Part shown: piece by piece, positions 12,308-24,260 of the stretch
Numbering within the stretch: the first letter of the stretch is position 1
Layout of the letters: every line of letters starts with the position of its first letter
Assembly: GCF_963921235.1 (NCBI RefSeq)
Contig: NC_086097.1
Coordinates: 112,904,001-112,968,000 of the forward strand
DNA length: 64,000 nucleotides
Direction of reading: 5' to 3'
Source of the DNA: Mobula hypostoma
Taxonomy: Eukaryota
Translations under genes and position numbers: made by a program
Notes under the pieces: generated by a model
Seen by the model: only the letters and a program-made list of their open reading frames with translations
Databases searched by the model: none
Told to the model about the DNA's origin: nothing

Positions 12308-13255
12308 TAAGATATAGGAGCAGAATTAGGCCATTTCGCCCATCGAGTCTGCTCTGTCATTTCATCATAGCTGATACAATTTTCTTCTCAGACCCAATCT
12401 CCTGCCTTCTCCCCGTATCCCTTCATGCACTGACCAATCAAGAATCTATCTACCTTTGCCTTGAATATACATAAAGACTTGGCCTCCACAGCTGCCTGTG
12501 ACAAAGAATTCCACAGATTCACTACTCTCTGGCAAAAGAAATTCCTCCTCATTTACATTCCAAAGGACGCCCTCTATTCTGAGGCTGTGTCCTCTGGTCT
12601 CAGACTCTCTCACCATATGAAACATCCTCTCCACATACTCTATCAAGTCCTTACACCATTTAATGAGGTTACCCTTCGTTCTTCTGAATTCTAGTGAATA
12701 CAGGCCCAGAGCCATCAAACGCTCTTCATATGACACGCTATTCAATCCTAGAATCATTTTTGTGAACTTCCTTTGAACCCTCTCCAGTTTTAGCACTTCC
12801 TTTCTAAGGTAAGGGACCCAAAACTGCTCACAATACATGAAGTGAAGCCTCACCAGTGCTTGAGACAGTCTCAAAATTACACCCTTGCTTTTACTTTCTA
12901 GTCTTCTTGAAATGAATGTTAACATCACATTTGCCTTCCTCACCACAGACTTAACCTTCAAATTAATCTTTAGGGAATCCTGCACAAGGGCTCCCAAGTC
13001 CCTTTTCACCTCAGTTTTTTATATTTTCTCTCCATTTAGGGAATTGTTAACTGTTTCATTTCTTCTACCAATGTGCATGACCATACACTTCCTGAGAGTG
13101 TATTCCATCTGCTCTTTACTTGACCAATCTGTCTAAGTTCTTCTGTAGCCTCTCTACTTTCTCAAAACTACCTGCCCCTCCACCTATCTTCATATCATTT
13201 ATAAACTTTGTAACAAAACCATCAATTCCATCATCAAAATCATTGACATATAATG
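12308..13255 (-). mobile_element. CR1 LINE RT C-terminus and 3' UTR
   Basis: RDLGALVQDSLK...ALVRLHFMYCEQFWVPYLRKEVLKLERVQRKFTKMI; (cttatgg) tail. Confidence 0.9.
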
Positions 13256-13269
13256 ATATCATTGCAGTC

Positions 13270-14760
13270 ATTAGAATGAGTTGCAATGTAAAAGGTGGAC
13301 AAAATTGAAAAGGGTAAATACAGTACTGAAGGTGTTACATTTGAAAGCATGCAGTATATGGAATAAAGTAGATAAATTTGCAGCACAGTTACAGATTGGT
13401 GTATATGATGTTGTAGGCATCACTGAATCATGGCTGAAAGAAGGGTATAGCTGGGAGCTTAATGTCCAAGGATACACACTATATTGAAAGGATAGGCAGG
13501 AAGGCAGAGGGGGTAGCATTGCTCTATCAGTAAAAAATGAAATGAAATAATTGGTAAGAGCTGACATAAGGTTGGAAGGTGTTGAGTCATTGTGGATAGA
13601 GCTAAGGGACTGCAGGGGTAAAAGGAAACCCTGATGCAGTTAAATACAGACCCCCAAAAAGTAGTAAGGAAGTGGTCTACAAATTACAACAGGAGATAGA
13701 AAATGCATGCCAAAAGGGCAATGTTACAATAGCCATGGGGGATTACAATATGCAGTGTGGAAGACACTAACAGTATGGCGGAAGTTCCAGGTGTTAGGGG
13801 TCATGAAGTGTGTGAAGTTACTATAATTAGGGAGAAGCTTCTTGGGAAACTAAAAGGTCTGAAGGTAGATATGTCACCTGGACTAGATGATGTACACACC
13901 CGGGTTCTGAAAGAGGTGGCAGAAGGGATTGTGGAGGCATTAGTAATGATCACACAGGAATCACTAGATTCTGGAATGGTTTTGGAAGATTGGAAAATTG
14001 CAAATGTCATTCTACTCTTCAAGAAGGGAGAGAGACAGAAGAAAGGAAATTATAGGCCAGTTAGTGTGACCTCGGTGACTGGGAAGATGTTGGAATCAAA
14101 TGTTAAGGATGTGGTTTCGGGATACTTGGAGGCACATGATACAATAGGCTGTAGTCAGCATGGCTTCCTCAAGGGAAAATCTTGCCTGACAAATCTGTTG
14201 GAATTCTTTGAAGAAATAACAAGCAGGATGCACAAAGAAGAATGGGTTGCTGTTCTGTGTTTGGATTTTCAGAAGACTTTTGACAAGGTGTCGCACATGA
14301 GGCTGCTTAACAAGCTATGAGCCCATGGTATACAGAGAAGATTCTAGATTGTCTAGCTGACAGTCCTGGCAGTCAATCTAGCTGACTGACAGGAAACAAA
14401 GAGTGGAATTAAGGTAGCTTTTTCTGGTTGACTGCCATTGACAAGTGGTGTTCCACAGAGGTCTGTGTTAGGACTGATTCTTTTATGTTATATGTTATTG
14501 ATTTGGATGATGGAATTGATGACTTTGTTGCAAAGTTTGCAGACAATGTGAAGGTAGGTAGAGGGGCAGGTAGCTTTAAGAAAATAGAGAGGCTACAGAA
14601 GGTCTTTGACAGATTAGGAGAATGGGCAAAGAAGCAGCATATGGAATAAAGTGTCAGGATGTATAAGGTAAAAGTAATGAAAGAGTTGACTATTTTCTGA
14701 ACGGAGACGAAATACAAGAAAACTGAGGTGCAAAGGGACCTAGATTCCCTAAAGGTTAAT
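13270..14760 (+). mobile_element. Internally deleted CR1 ORF2 (endonuclease N-terminus joined to RT)
   Basis: LHLKACSIWNK...YDVVGITESWL, then WKIANVILLFKKG..GNYRPVSVTSV..K.LE, QHGFLKGKSCLTNLLEFFE and KFADNVK. Confidence 0.88.
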
Positions 14761-16534
14761 TTGTAATAATTCCCTTTACTCCATTGCAATACTAATACGT
14801 CTGACTTTAGCTACTCCTTCTCAAATTTCAAGGTGTATTCAATCATATTATGATCACGTTCCCCAAGTGTTCTTTTACCTTAAGCTCTCTAATCACATCT
14901 GGTTCATTACTCAACACCCAATCCAGAATAGATGATCACCTGGTGGGCTCAACCACAAGCTGCTCTAAAAAGCCATCTCACAGGCACTCTAGAAATTTGC
15001 CCACCTGAATCTAGCACCAACCTGATTTTCCCAATCTACCTACGTACTGAAGTCGCCCATGACTATCGTAACATTGCCCTTTTGGCATAAGTTTTCTCTT
15101 TCCCATTGTAACTTGTAGACCACACCCTTACAACTGTTTGGAGGTCTATATACAACTCCCACCAGAGTTTTTTTTATCCTTGCAGTTCCTTAGCTCTACC
15201 CTCAATGATTCAACCACTCCCGAACCTATTTCACCTCTTTCTAATGATTTCATCTCATTTTTTACCAACAGAGCAACACCACACCCTCTGCCTTCTTGTC
15301 TGTCCTTTTGATACAATGTGTATCCTTGGACATTAATTTCACAGCTATAATCTTTTTCAGCCATGATTCAGTGATGCCTAGAACATCATACAAGCCAATC
15401 TGCAACTGCATCACAAGTTCATCTGCCTTATTCCATATACTGTGCGCATTCAAATATAAGACCTTCAGTCTCATATTCACCCTTTTCAATTTTCTCTGCC
15501 TGTTACATTGCAACTCATTCTGTTGACTGCAATATTGCCCTGTCAACAGCCTCTCCTCACTACACATTGCCCCTGTTTGTAAACCAGCTACCTCACCTTC
15601 AGCACTATCATCCACCTTTCCTACAATAATTCTTGCTTTGAATTATACACAGCTCAGGACACTAGTCGCATCATGCTCAACCTTTTGATTCCTAACTTTG
15701 TCTGAGGTTTTACCAACATCTGTCTCCACAACTTCTCCACTAACTGTCCATTCAATCTAGTTTCCACCCCTCTGCAACTCTAGTTTAAACCCAACCATGC
15801 TGCATTAACAAACCTTCCTGCTATGATACTACTCCCCCTCCAGTTCAGATGCAAGCTGTTCCTTCCTTCTTTTCAGGTTCCATCTTCCCTGGAAGAGAGC
15901 CAAATGATCGAAAAAAAATGTTATGTCCTCCCTCTTACACCAACTCCTTAGCGACGTAGTAAACTAGATAATCTTCCTATTTCTGGCCTCACTAGCTCAT
16001 GGCACGGGTAGCAATCCAGAGATCGCAACTCTAGAGTCCTACCCTTAAACTTAGCACCTAACTCCCTGAACTCCCTATGCAGAACCTCATCACTTGTCAT
16101 TACTCATGTCATTGGTACCTACTTGGATCACCACTTCTGGCTGCTCACCCTCCAACTTAAGAATGCTGAGGACTCGATCCGAGATACCCCAGACCCCGGC
16201 ACCCGGGAGGCAACATACCATCCAGGAACCTCGTTCTCACCCACAGAAACTCCTGTCTACTACCCTAACTAATGAATCCCCTGTCACCGTCGTATGCCTC
16301 TTCTCCCTCCTTCTCTTTTGAGCCGCAGAGCCAGATTCAGTTCCAGAGACCTGACCGCTGTGACTTTCCACTGTTAGGCCACCCCACCCCCCCAACAGTA
16401 TCCAAAGTGATATTACTGCTGTTGAGGGGGGTGGCCACAGGAGTACTGAGCGCTGGCCTCTTAATTCCTTTCCCTTTCCTGACTGTCACTTAGTTTTCTG
16501 CGTCCTGTACTTACTGTGTAACTACCTCTCTATA

Positions 16535-16728
16535 GGGGTGTATCGGGTGTCAGGGAGGGGTAGCACCTCTGGTGGGGGAACATGTCGCGTCCTTTTCAGG
16601 GCGGTTTGTCCACCTTTGGTCCCCACCTGGCACTCAACTCTCACCTGTGGCTCCCCATAGCTGTTTGCATGCGACAGCAGCCACATCCCAGGCAACAGCT
16701 TCGACAAGCCGGCTAAACCAGGTGAGGG
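16535..16728 (+). ncRNA. HDV-like self-cleaving ribozyme fold (decayed copy)
   Basis: P1 GGGGTGT/ACATCCC; P2 CTCTCACCTGT/A(C)CAGGTGAGGG; P3 GGC/GCC; L3 TCCCCAT plus an inserted hairpin; (A)GGCAAC-P4(GCTT-CGAC-AAGC)-GGCTAA with the catalytic-C equivalent at 16713. Confidence 0.75.
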
Positions 16729-17085
16729 TAGCCAATGGGTCTCAAACCCTTGGTGAGATAGCGAGTTGTCTATCCCAGAATATGAACACAGACTCCGGTG
16801 GATTGAGTGGACGAGACCAATGGAAGATCCAACGGTCAAGAACGCAGTCTCTGCAAGCGTTGTGGAACGTTTAGAGCAGGACAAGACACAGAAGACGTCC
16901 TGGTCACCCACTGCGCCTAGTCCCATCTCCAGCCATCTCGACTCTGTCTTGCCACTGGATCCAGATGGGAATTGGGAAGAGAGGGTGAGGCTGAAGCTGC
17001 ACAACTCTCCCTCACTTAAATCCAAATCATGCATCATAATGGTGTTGTGGTCCTCATCGACGACAATGATGGACGAACATGACTG
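16535..17085 (+). mobile_element. 551-bp non-coding retroposon (probably RTE-mobilised) with a 5' HDV-like ribozyme
   Basis: Exact 11-bp TSD ACCTCTCTATA at 16524-16534 and 17086-17096 splits CR1 ORF1. No credible ORF inside. Confidence 0.85.
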
Positions 17086-17739
17086 ACCTCTCTATATGTC
17101 CGATCTGTCACCCCCTCAGCCTCCTGAATGATCCGGTGTTCATCCAGTTCCAGCTCCAACTCCTTAATGCAGATCGTTGGAATCTGCAGCTGGATGCACT
17201 TCTTGCAGTTGTAATCGCCAGGGACACTGGAGGTCTCCCTGTCTTCCCACATCCGCAAGAGGAGCATTCCATTATCCTGCCTGGCAGCTCTACTGTCCTA
17301 GCTGAGGAGATATAAAGAAGAGAAGGGAAAAAAACTTCTTAACCTTAAGCTTTTCTTTCCTCTTCTTTAATTTCTCTGTCTGAAGTCTCCCTCTGTTGAA
17401 GCCTCGAAGAGCTAAAGCCTCAAGATCACCTCTCTGACTCTGTCCACTCTGACGATGGCCACTGTAACAATGGCCGCTGCATTGGTCCCTGCCTTCCTTT
17501 AATTTGCTTTTGCTAATCAATCCCAAACACCAACTGGTCATTGGTCAAAGCTTTCTTTCACTGTAGCGACCCGCTGCTGGCTTTTCGATTTGGGCAGTGG
17601 ACCTGAGTGAAACCCTCTCCTCTCAAAATTTCTGATGTCCGGATTGGTCACTAGTCAAAGCTCTTTTTCATTGGCACTCACGTGGCCCACCGCTATGACT
17701 GCCTTTTTGTCAGAGACATGGAACAGTCCATGTTCTGTG

Positions 17740-18570
17740 TAACACACACAATGCACTGGAGGAGCTCAGCCTGTGAAGACTAATGAAGGATCTCAGCCCG
17801 AAATGTTATTTATTCCTTTCCAAAGATACTGCCTGACCTGCTGATCTCCTCCAGAACTTTGTGTCTATTGCTTTAGATTTCCAGCATCTACAGTACCTCT
17901 TGCATCCACATTTGTAATGCTCCCCAACTCCTTCTCTGCTACATTTACAAATGCATTGGTGCTGCTTTCTGCACCTATGCTGAGCTCATCAATTTCATCA
18001 ACTTTGACTCCAACTTTCATCCTGCCCTCAAATTTACTTCGTCCAGCTCTGACTCCTCTTTCCCATTTCTGGATCTTGATGTCTCCATCTCTGGAGATAG
18101 ATTATCTGTGAACATCTTTTACAAACCTGCCTACTGATTCTCACATTGATTTGATGACACTTCTTCGTAGCCTATCGCTTGTAAGAATGCTATTCCTTTC
18201 TCTCTGTTCCTCTGCCTCCACTGCATTTGTTCTTAGGATGAGGGTTTCCATACCAAGACATCTGAGAGGTCCTTTTTTCAGAAAACAAAGTTTCCCCTTC
18301 CATCACAATCAATGCTACCCTCATCTGTATCTTCTCCATCTCTCACACACCCTATCAGCCACCACCCACTAACATGACAGGTCTAGGGTTCCCCTTGTCT
18401 TCACCTACCACCCTACGAGCCTCTGCATCCATCATTCTCTGAAAACTCTGCCATCACCAGTGGGATCCCACCACCAACACAGTACTCCCCCCTTCCCCTC
18501 TCTGCTTTCCACAGGCATCGGTTTCTCCATCACTCCTTTGTCCACTCTCCCTCTCCCCGATCACCTTTCA
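17740..18570 (+). mobile_element. Degenerate PLE: short inverted terminus, terminal repeat and RT remnant
   Basis: The terminal repeat with a decayed hammerhead (~17778-17806) precedes NFHPALKFT...PFLDL.VSISGDRL...CKNAIPFSL, the PLE RT C-terminus. Confidence 0.7.
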
Positions 18571-19313
18571 GCACTTGCAAGGCCACATTCACAGAAGGCC
18601 ACCAATCTGTTATGACTATACAACCTCAACCTTAGTCGAATGCAGAAAAGATCAATATTCAAATATCTGGCAGAATTGATAGATTGATGTGATTTATTCT
18701 ATTTCAAATCAAACATAAGTTCAACAAGAAATAGAGAGTAAACTGAACTAATGCTGGTAAAATGGCTATTTGAGCACATTCATTGATCTTGTGCCAAGTT
18801 CCTAAAGGGAGATCGTTGTTCTTAAATCAAACAGTGGTGTCAATCCAAATTTTCTAAAGTGAAACCTAAGAGTGAAATCAGGGTTGAAGATATATGCTTC
18901 CCTCCATAGTTCCAAGTGTAGCGAAATAAGATACAAATCACAAAAGTACAGGGTGTAAATAAACATTCTGGAATTTGCATACATGTAAAGTGCTTTAGTG
19001 TATTCTATAAATATTAAAGGCTTTCTCCCCCTCACACACTTCCAAATATAGTTTTTTTTCACTAGGGTGGTCACAGAGATTTGCTTTTCATTCTCATGGC
19101 AAAACTTATCACAGGTTATCTTGGATTCAGAATATTTTGCCAGAGGCTGAGGCAAAATGACCTGCCATCCCAATAAAACTTCACAATTAATCATTTTTAA
19201 CCTCATCAACCATTGGAATAAATATGTATGCTACTATCAAAAAGAAGCATGAAGTATATAACGAGCATTTGGTAGAACTGATTTGGTAATTTTATAAGTA
19301 TGTACAGTATATT

Positions 19314-20965
19314 GGGTGGCGGGGTGCCAATACTTCTTTACCAGTGTAAGGCACTCCTTCCCTCTGTTAGCCTACAGTCACCCTTGGGCAAAGTGTAGAA
19401 CCTGCTTTGCACCCCTCCACCCCCGATTAGGGTCACATGAAGCATGGGAGCAGGTAGTGGATAGTCTTAAGAGTAGCTGGTGCATATCACAAGTACTGGT
19501 TATGCGACCACTGATGCCAGGCAATCTCTGAAGAACATTGATAATGGCAGTGTTGTAAAGACTCTGCCCAGAAGAAGGCAATGGAAAACCACTTCTGTAG
19601 AAAAAATGGTCAAGAAAATTCATGGTCATGTTTTCCTTAAGGGAAAATCTTGTCTGACAAAGCTGCTGAAATCCTTTAAGAAGTTTACAAATAGGATAGA
19701 TAAAGGGAATGCCATGGATGTTGTATATTTGGATTTTCAGAAGGCCTTTGTCATAATGCCACACATGAGGCTGCTTACCAAGTTGAGAGCACAAGGTGCT
19801 ACAGGAAACTTACTAGCATGGCTAGAATATTGGCTGATTGATAGTAGACAGTGAGTGGGAGTAAAAGGATCCTTGTCTGGTTGTCTGCCAGTGACTAGTG
19901 GTGTTCTGCAGGGGCCGGCGTTGGGACCACTTCTTTTATGCTGTATATCAATGATTTTTTTGTGAAGGAATAGATGGCTCTGTTGCCAAGTTTGCAGATG
20001 ATACAAAGATTGGTGGAGGGGCAGATAGTGTTGTGGAAACAGGAAGGCTGCAGAAGGACATAGACAGATTAGGAGAATGGGCAAAGAAGTGGCAAATGAA
20101 ATACAATGTTGGAAAATGCATGGTTATGCACTTTGGTAGAAGAAATAAATGCGCAGACTAATTTCTAAACAGAGAGAAAATCCAAAAATCAGAGATGCAA
20201 AGGGACTTGGGAGTTCTTGTGCAGAACACCGTAAAGGTTAACTTGCAGGCTGAACCTGTGGTGAGGAAGGCAAATGCAATGTTAGCATTTATTTCAAGAA
20301 GTCTAGAATACAAGAGCAGGGATGTGATGCTGAGTCTTTGTAAGGTACTGGTGAGGCCTCACCTTGAGTTTTGTAAACAGTTTTGGGCTCATTATCTAAG
20401 AAAAGATGTGCTGGCATTGGAGAGGGTTCAGAGGAGGTTCACACGGATGATTCTGGGAATAAAAGGGCTGTCATATGAGACACATTTGATTGCTCTGGGC
20501 CTGTACTCACTGGAATTTCAAAGGATTAGGGGGGGATCTCACTAAAACCTTTTGAATGTTGAAAGGCCTAGACAGGGTAGATGTGGAAAGGATGTTTCCC
20601 ATGGTGGGGGAGTGTAGGACAAGAGGCCACAGCCTCAAGATAGAGGGGGATCCATTTAAAACAGAGATGTGGAGAAATTTCTTTAGCCAGAGGGTGGCGA
20701 ATTTGTGGAATTTGTTACCACAGGTAGCTGTAGAGGCCAAGTTGCTGGGTCTATTTAAAGCGGAGATTGATAGGTTCTTGTTTGGCCACAGTATCAAAGG
20801 TTATGGGGAAAAGGACGGTGAGTGAGGCTGAGGAGGGGAGAAAGGGATCAGCTAAGGGAATGGCAGAGAAGGCATGATGGACCAAATGGCCTAATCTTAC
20901 TCCTATGTCTTATGGAAAGGCCATGATCACCTACATCATACGACACAGCACGTAATTAATGAACT
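19314..20965 (+). mobile_element. RTE-related SINE (19314-19630 and 20915-20965) split by a CR1 insertion
   Basis: Contains gaagaaggcaatggaaaaccacttc, a BovB/Sauria-SINE-like motif. A contiguous second copy at ~53120-53490 spans the insertion point catggtcatg|gaaag. Confidence 0.7.
19631..20914 (+). mobile_element. 5'-truncated CR1 LINE (RT to 3' UTR)
   Basis: FLKGKSCLTKLL...DVVYLDFQKAF, KFADDTK, LVRPHLEFCKQFW, FFSQRVANLWNLLP. Confidence 0.9.
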
Positions 20966-21430
20966 AACAGTACATTATATTTCAAACAGTATTGTATTAA
21001 AAATCTACAATGAGGAAATTGACAATAAGTAAAATGTGATATGGGGATTTGCATGGCATTTAAGAAAAAGTATTGCCTACTGCAGAAGATTTGTAGTATT
21101 GCTGGTATTTCAACAGCAACAAATCTAAAACTCAATTTAATATTAATTTTTCAAATATGACTGTCTCAGTAGTATAGCTACAAATTGATTTATCAACTGT
21201 AGAATCAAATTTCTGTTTCTGACATTTGATCTTATACATCTAACACATCAACACTCTAGTTACTTAATTTAAAAAACTAGTATAAAAATGTCAAAATCTA
21301 CTGATGTGTAAACAGCTAATTAATTATTTCACAATTCGTTAAACCTGTTTTAGAAACTTTACATATATAACACACATATAACAATAAGATTTAAATACTG
21401 AATATAATATAGAGAAAAATAGATTCTGAC

Positions 21431-21442
21431 CACTTTGTCTTC
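21431..21442 (-). CDS. RIMS2: RIMS2 12-nt alternative microexon encoding EDKV
   Basis: Minus strand reads ...cttgctttctgggattccag|GAAGACAAAGTG|gtcaga. Phase 0 matches the upstream exon ending in SNK. EDKV is the known optional insert in RIM zinc fingers before VMWVC. A long polypyrimidine tract lies upstream. Confidence 0.88.
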
Positions 21443-21829
21443 CTGGAATCCCAGAAAGCAAGATGATGGAGATAGGCAGCAGGAAACAAAAGGGAAAGAA
21501 AAGAAAATATTTATTCGAGCACGGTAGTTTAGAATAAAACATTCAAGTAACAGCATTCACAGAATATAAAACACTCAAGATTCAAAGTACATTTATTATC
21601 AAAGTATGTATGCAGTATACAACTCTGAGATTAGTCTTCCCACAGACAGCCATAAAACATTGAAAACCATGGACCATTCAAAGAAAAAGATCAAATCCCC
21701 ATCCCTGCACAAAAAAAATCAGAGAAATGGCAAAAGAGAGCCAAAACACAGAATATAAAATACAAAATTGAAAGAGACCAGGCATATTCAGTTCAGTTAA
21801 GTTCAGTTCAATCTTGTGCAGTCAACGTT

Positions 21830-21932
21830 CGGGTGTCCTGCCCAAGGGTTTCAGCTCGAAACGTCAACTGTACTTTTTTCCATAGATCCTGCCTGACCTG
21901 CTGAGTTCCTCCAGCATTTTATGTGTGTTGTT
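21830..21932 (+). mobile_element. Short PLE terminal-repeat copy with mutated hammerhead
   Basis: gtc CTGCCCA AGGGTTTCAGCTC GAAA C GTC AACTG followed by the family 3' terminus. Confidence 0.65.
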
Positions 21933-22439
21933 GTGCACCTAATATTTTCTGTTTCTTTATTTTTTTTGTGACGTTATTGAATTCCAAAATAATCATGTTT
22001 GTTCCTCTGTTCAAAATCATAAATATGCTGAACAAGCAAAGTAGTTATAATGCCTTGGTGCATTAAAAGCCAATCCATTTTATCCTTATAAGTTTAATAA
22101 GTCATTAATTAACCAGGACACTCCATCAGCAAACTTTGGAATTACACTATGAATTATGGGGTCAATATCAATGGGATATTTATGTGTTGCAGTTTATGGT
22201 GGGAAGAATATTATTTTATGTATTTAAGCACAATTCCTGAAAATGTATTGAAGTCCATAGAGAATTTTGTCAAAACTACAAATTCAGATAAAATGGGAAT
22301 TAATAGTCCTTGTTCCCCTTCTTGACATTTTCAAAGGAGCATCTCAGAATTTTTCTAAAACTTTAGGTCAATCTGGCCTCAAAATTTCCATGTTCTAAGC
22401 AATTCCAAGACCTAACTAATATGATTGGGACTCAATAAG

Positions 22440-23174
22440 CAGGAGAGCTAAGGTACCGGTGACCCGTTTTCATCCAGGGGGTCAGTGTGGACATGGTGGA
22501 GGATCACAAATACCTGGGGATACGAATTGACAATGAACTGGACTGGTCAAAGAACACTGAGGCTGTCTACAAGAAGGGTCAGAGTCATCTCTATTTCCTG
22601 AGGAGACTGAGGTCCTTTAACATCTGCCGGACGATGCTGAAGATGTTCTATGAGTCTGTGGTGGCCAGTGCTATCATGTTTGCTGTTGTGTGCTGGGGCA
22701 GCAGGCTGAGGGTGGCAGACACCAACAGAATCAACAAACTCATTCGTAAGGCCAGTGATGTTGTGGGGATGGAACTGGACTCTCTCACGGTGGTGTCTGA
22801 AAAGAGGATGCTGTCTAAGTTGCATGCCAGCTTGGTCAATGTCTCCCATCCACTACATAATGTACTGGGTGGGCACAGGAGTGCATTCAGCCAGAGACTC
22901 ATTCCACCCAGATGCAGCACAGAGCGTCATAGGAAGTCATTCCTGCCTGTGGCCATCAAACTTTACAACTCCTCCCTTGGAGGGTCAGACGCCCTGAGCC
23001 AATAGGCTGGTCCTGGACTTATTTCATAATTTACTGGCATAATTTACATATTACTATTTAGCTATTTATAGTTCTATTACTATTTATTATTTATGAATCA
23101 ACTGTAACGAAAACCAATTTCCCCCGGGATTAATAAAGTATGACTATGACTATGACTATGACTATGACTATGAT
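22440..23174 (+). mobile_element. Young 5'-truncated Rex1/Babar-type LINE
   Basis: Open 172-aa frame KYLGIRIDNELDWSKNTEAVYKKGQSHLYFLRRLRSF...SHPLH...RKSFLPVAIKLYN; AATAAA followed by a (TATGAC)5 tail starting at 23139. Confidence 0.88.
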
Positions 23175-23429
23175 TATAAAGTAACAGACTTCTAGAAATT
23201 ATTCTGTGAAAATAACTTGAAGCAATTTATTTTTTTAACCTTAAATAAAAAGGGACAATGATTTATAATGCAGCAGGTCAGGCAGCTTCTATGGAAAGAG
23301 AAAGAGTTAACATTTCAAGTTTAAGATTGCCAGTCACATGTTTCAATCTTTTTATGTGTTGAACTTAAACTCGTTACCTTTAATAATAATAAATTGCCAG
23401 ATTTTACCCAGTGTAAGAAATACTCAAAA

Positions 23430-24260
23430 AGCGTAAAGAGCCCATGAGATCGATAGGAGTATGGTAAATTAAATTCGAAACTGGCTTAACAGTAAAACCT
23501 AAAGATGGAAAGGTAATTTTCTGACTGGAAGACTGTTACCATTGATGTTCTATTGGACTGAAAACTCAGTACTTTGATTTGAACTTAAGTAACACAATAA
23601 AGACATTTGCTGATGATTCAAAAGATGGACATGTGGTTGTTAATGAAGACAAAAACTTTAGAGGACAGGATCAGTTGAGCGGAAAGGGGGCAAATGGCAT
23701 TTAATCTAGGGAAATGCAAGGTAATACATATGGGGAGGGACAATGAGGCAAGGGAATATATAATATAGAGGATATTAAGTGCTGTGGAGAAAAAGGATGT
23801 TGGACAGTATGACAGATTTAAAAGGTACTAAAGCAAAATAATAAAATGCTTAATACGGGTGTTATCCTTTATTAGCCATTACATGGGATATAAGAACGAA
23901 GAGATTATGCTAAAACATTTTCTAATACTTGTTAAAACACTGTGTATAGATAAGGTTTAAAAAATAGATCTGACTGCAATGGAGAGGGTCTACAGAAGGT
24001 TTATAAGGGTGTGGCCGGACAGGAACTATGTGGAAAGATAAATTTCAAGAAAAATTAGAGAGAAGAAGAAGAAAAATATATTCATGTAAATGGGAATATC
24101 GGTCTGGAATTCACTCCCTGAAAGGGTGGAAGAGGCAAAAGCTACAATCACGTTTACATAGTACTATGGTACGTACTTAAAGAGCCATGATCTGTACTAG
24201 AAGATAAGACTGGGTTACCACAAATATGATGGGATGAATCACCTCCTTCCGTGTCGGAGA
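23430..24260 (+). mobile_element. Ancient CR1 fragment
   Basis: Decayed tttgctgatgattcaaa (FADD) and gaaatgcaaggtaatacat (KCKV.H) motifs, and a WNSLP-coding segment. Confidence 0.55.

Larger units (their letters stand above)
14770..17700 (-). mobile_element. CR1 LINE 5' part (5' UTR, ORF1 remnant, endonuclease), interrupted at 16535-17085
   Basis: ORF1-like MWEDRETSSVPGDYNCKKCIQLQ...ELELELDEHRIIQEAEGVTDRTYREV; endonuclease LYLNAHSIWNK...YDVLGITESWL. Confidence 0.82.

Noticed and set aside
16690..16733. Twister ribozyme reading of caagccggctaaa...gaggg
   Set aside because: It lacks the L4 pyrimidine run needed to pair with GAGGG and the UAA cleavage loop. The HDV fold explains the segment better.
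1..21400. Next RIMS2 exon (VMWVCNLCRKQQE...)
   Set aside because: Not found in the ORF track or by eye; it presumably lies beyond the window start.
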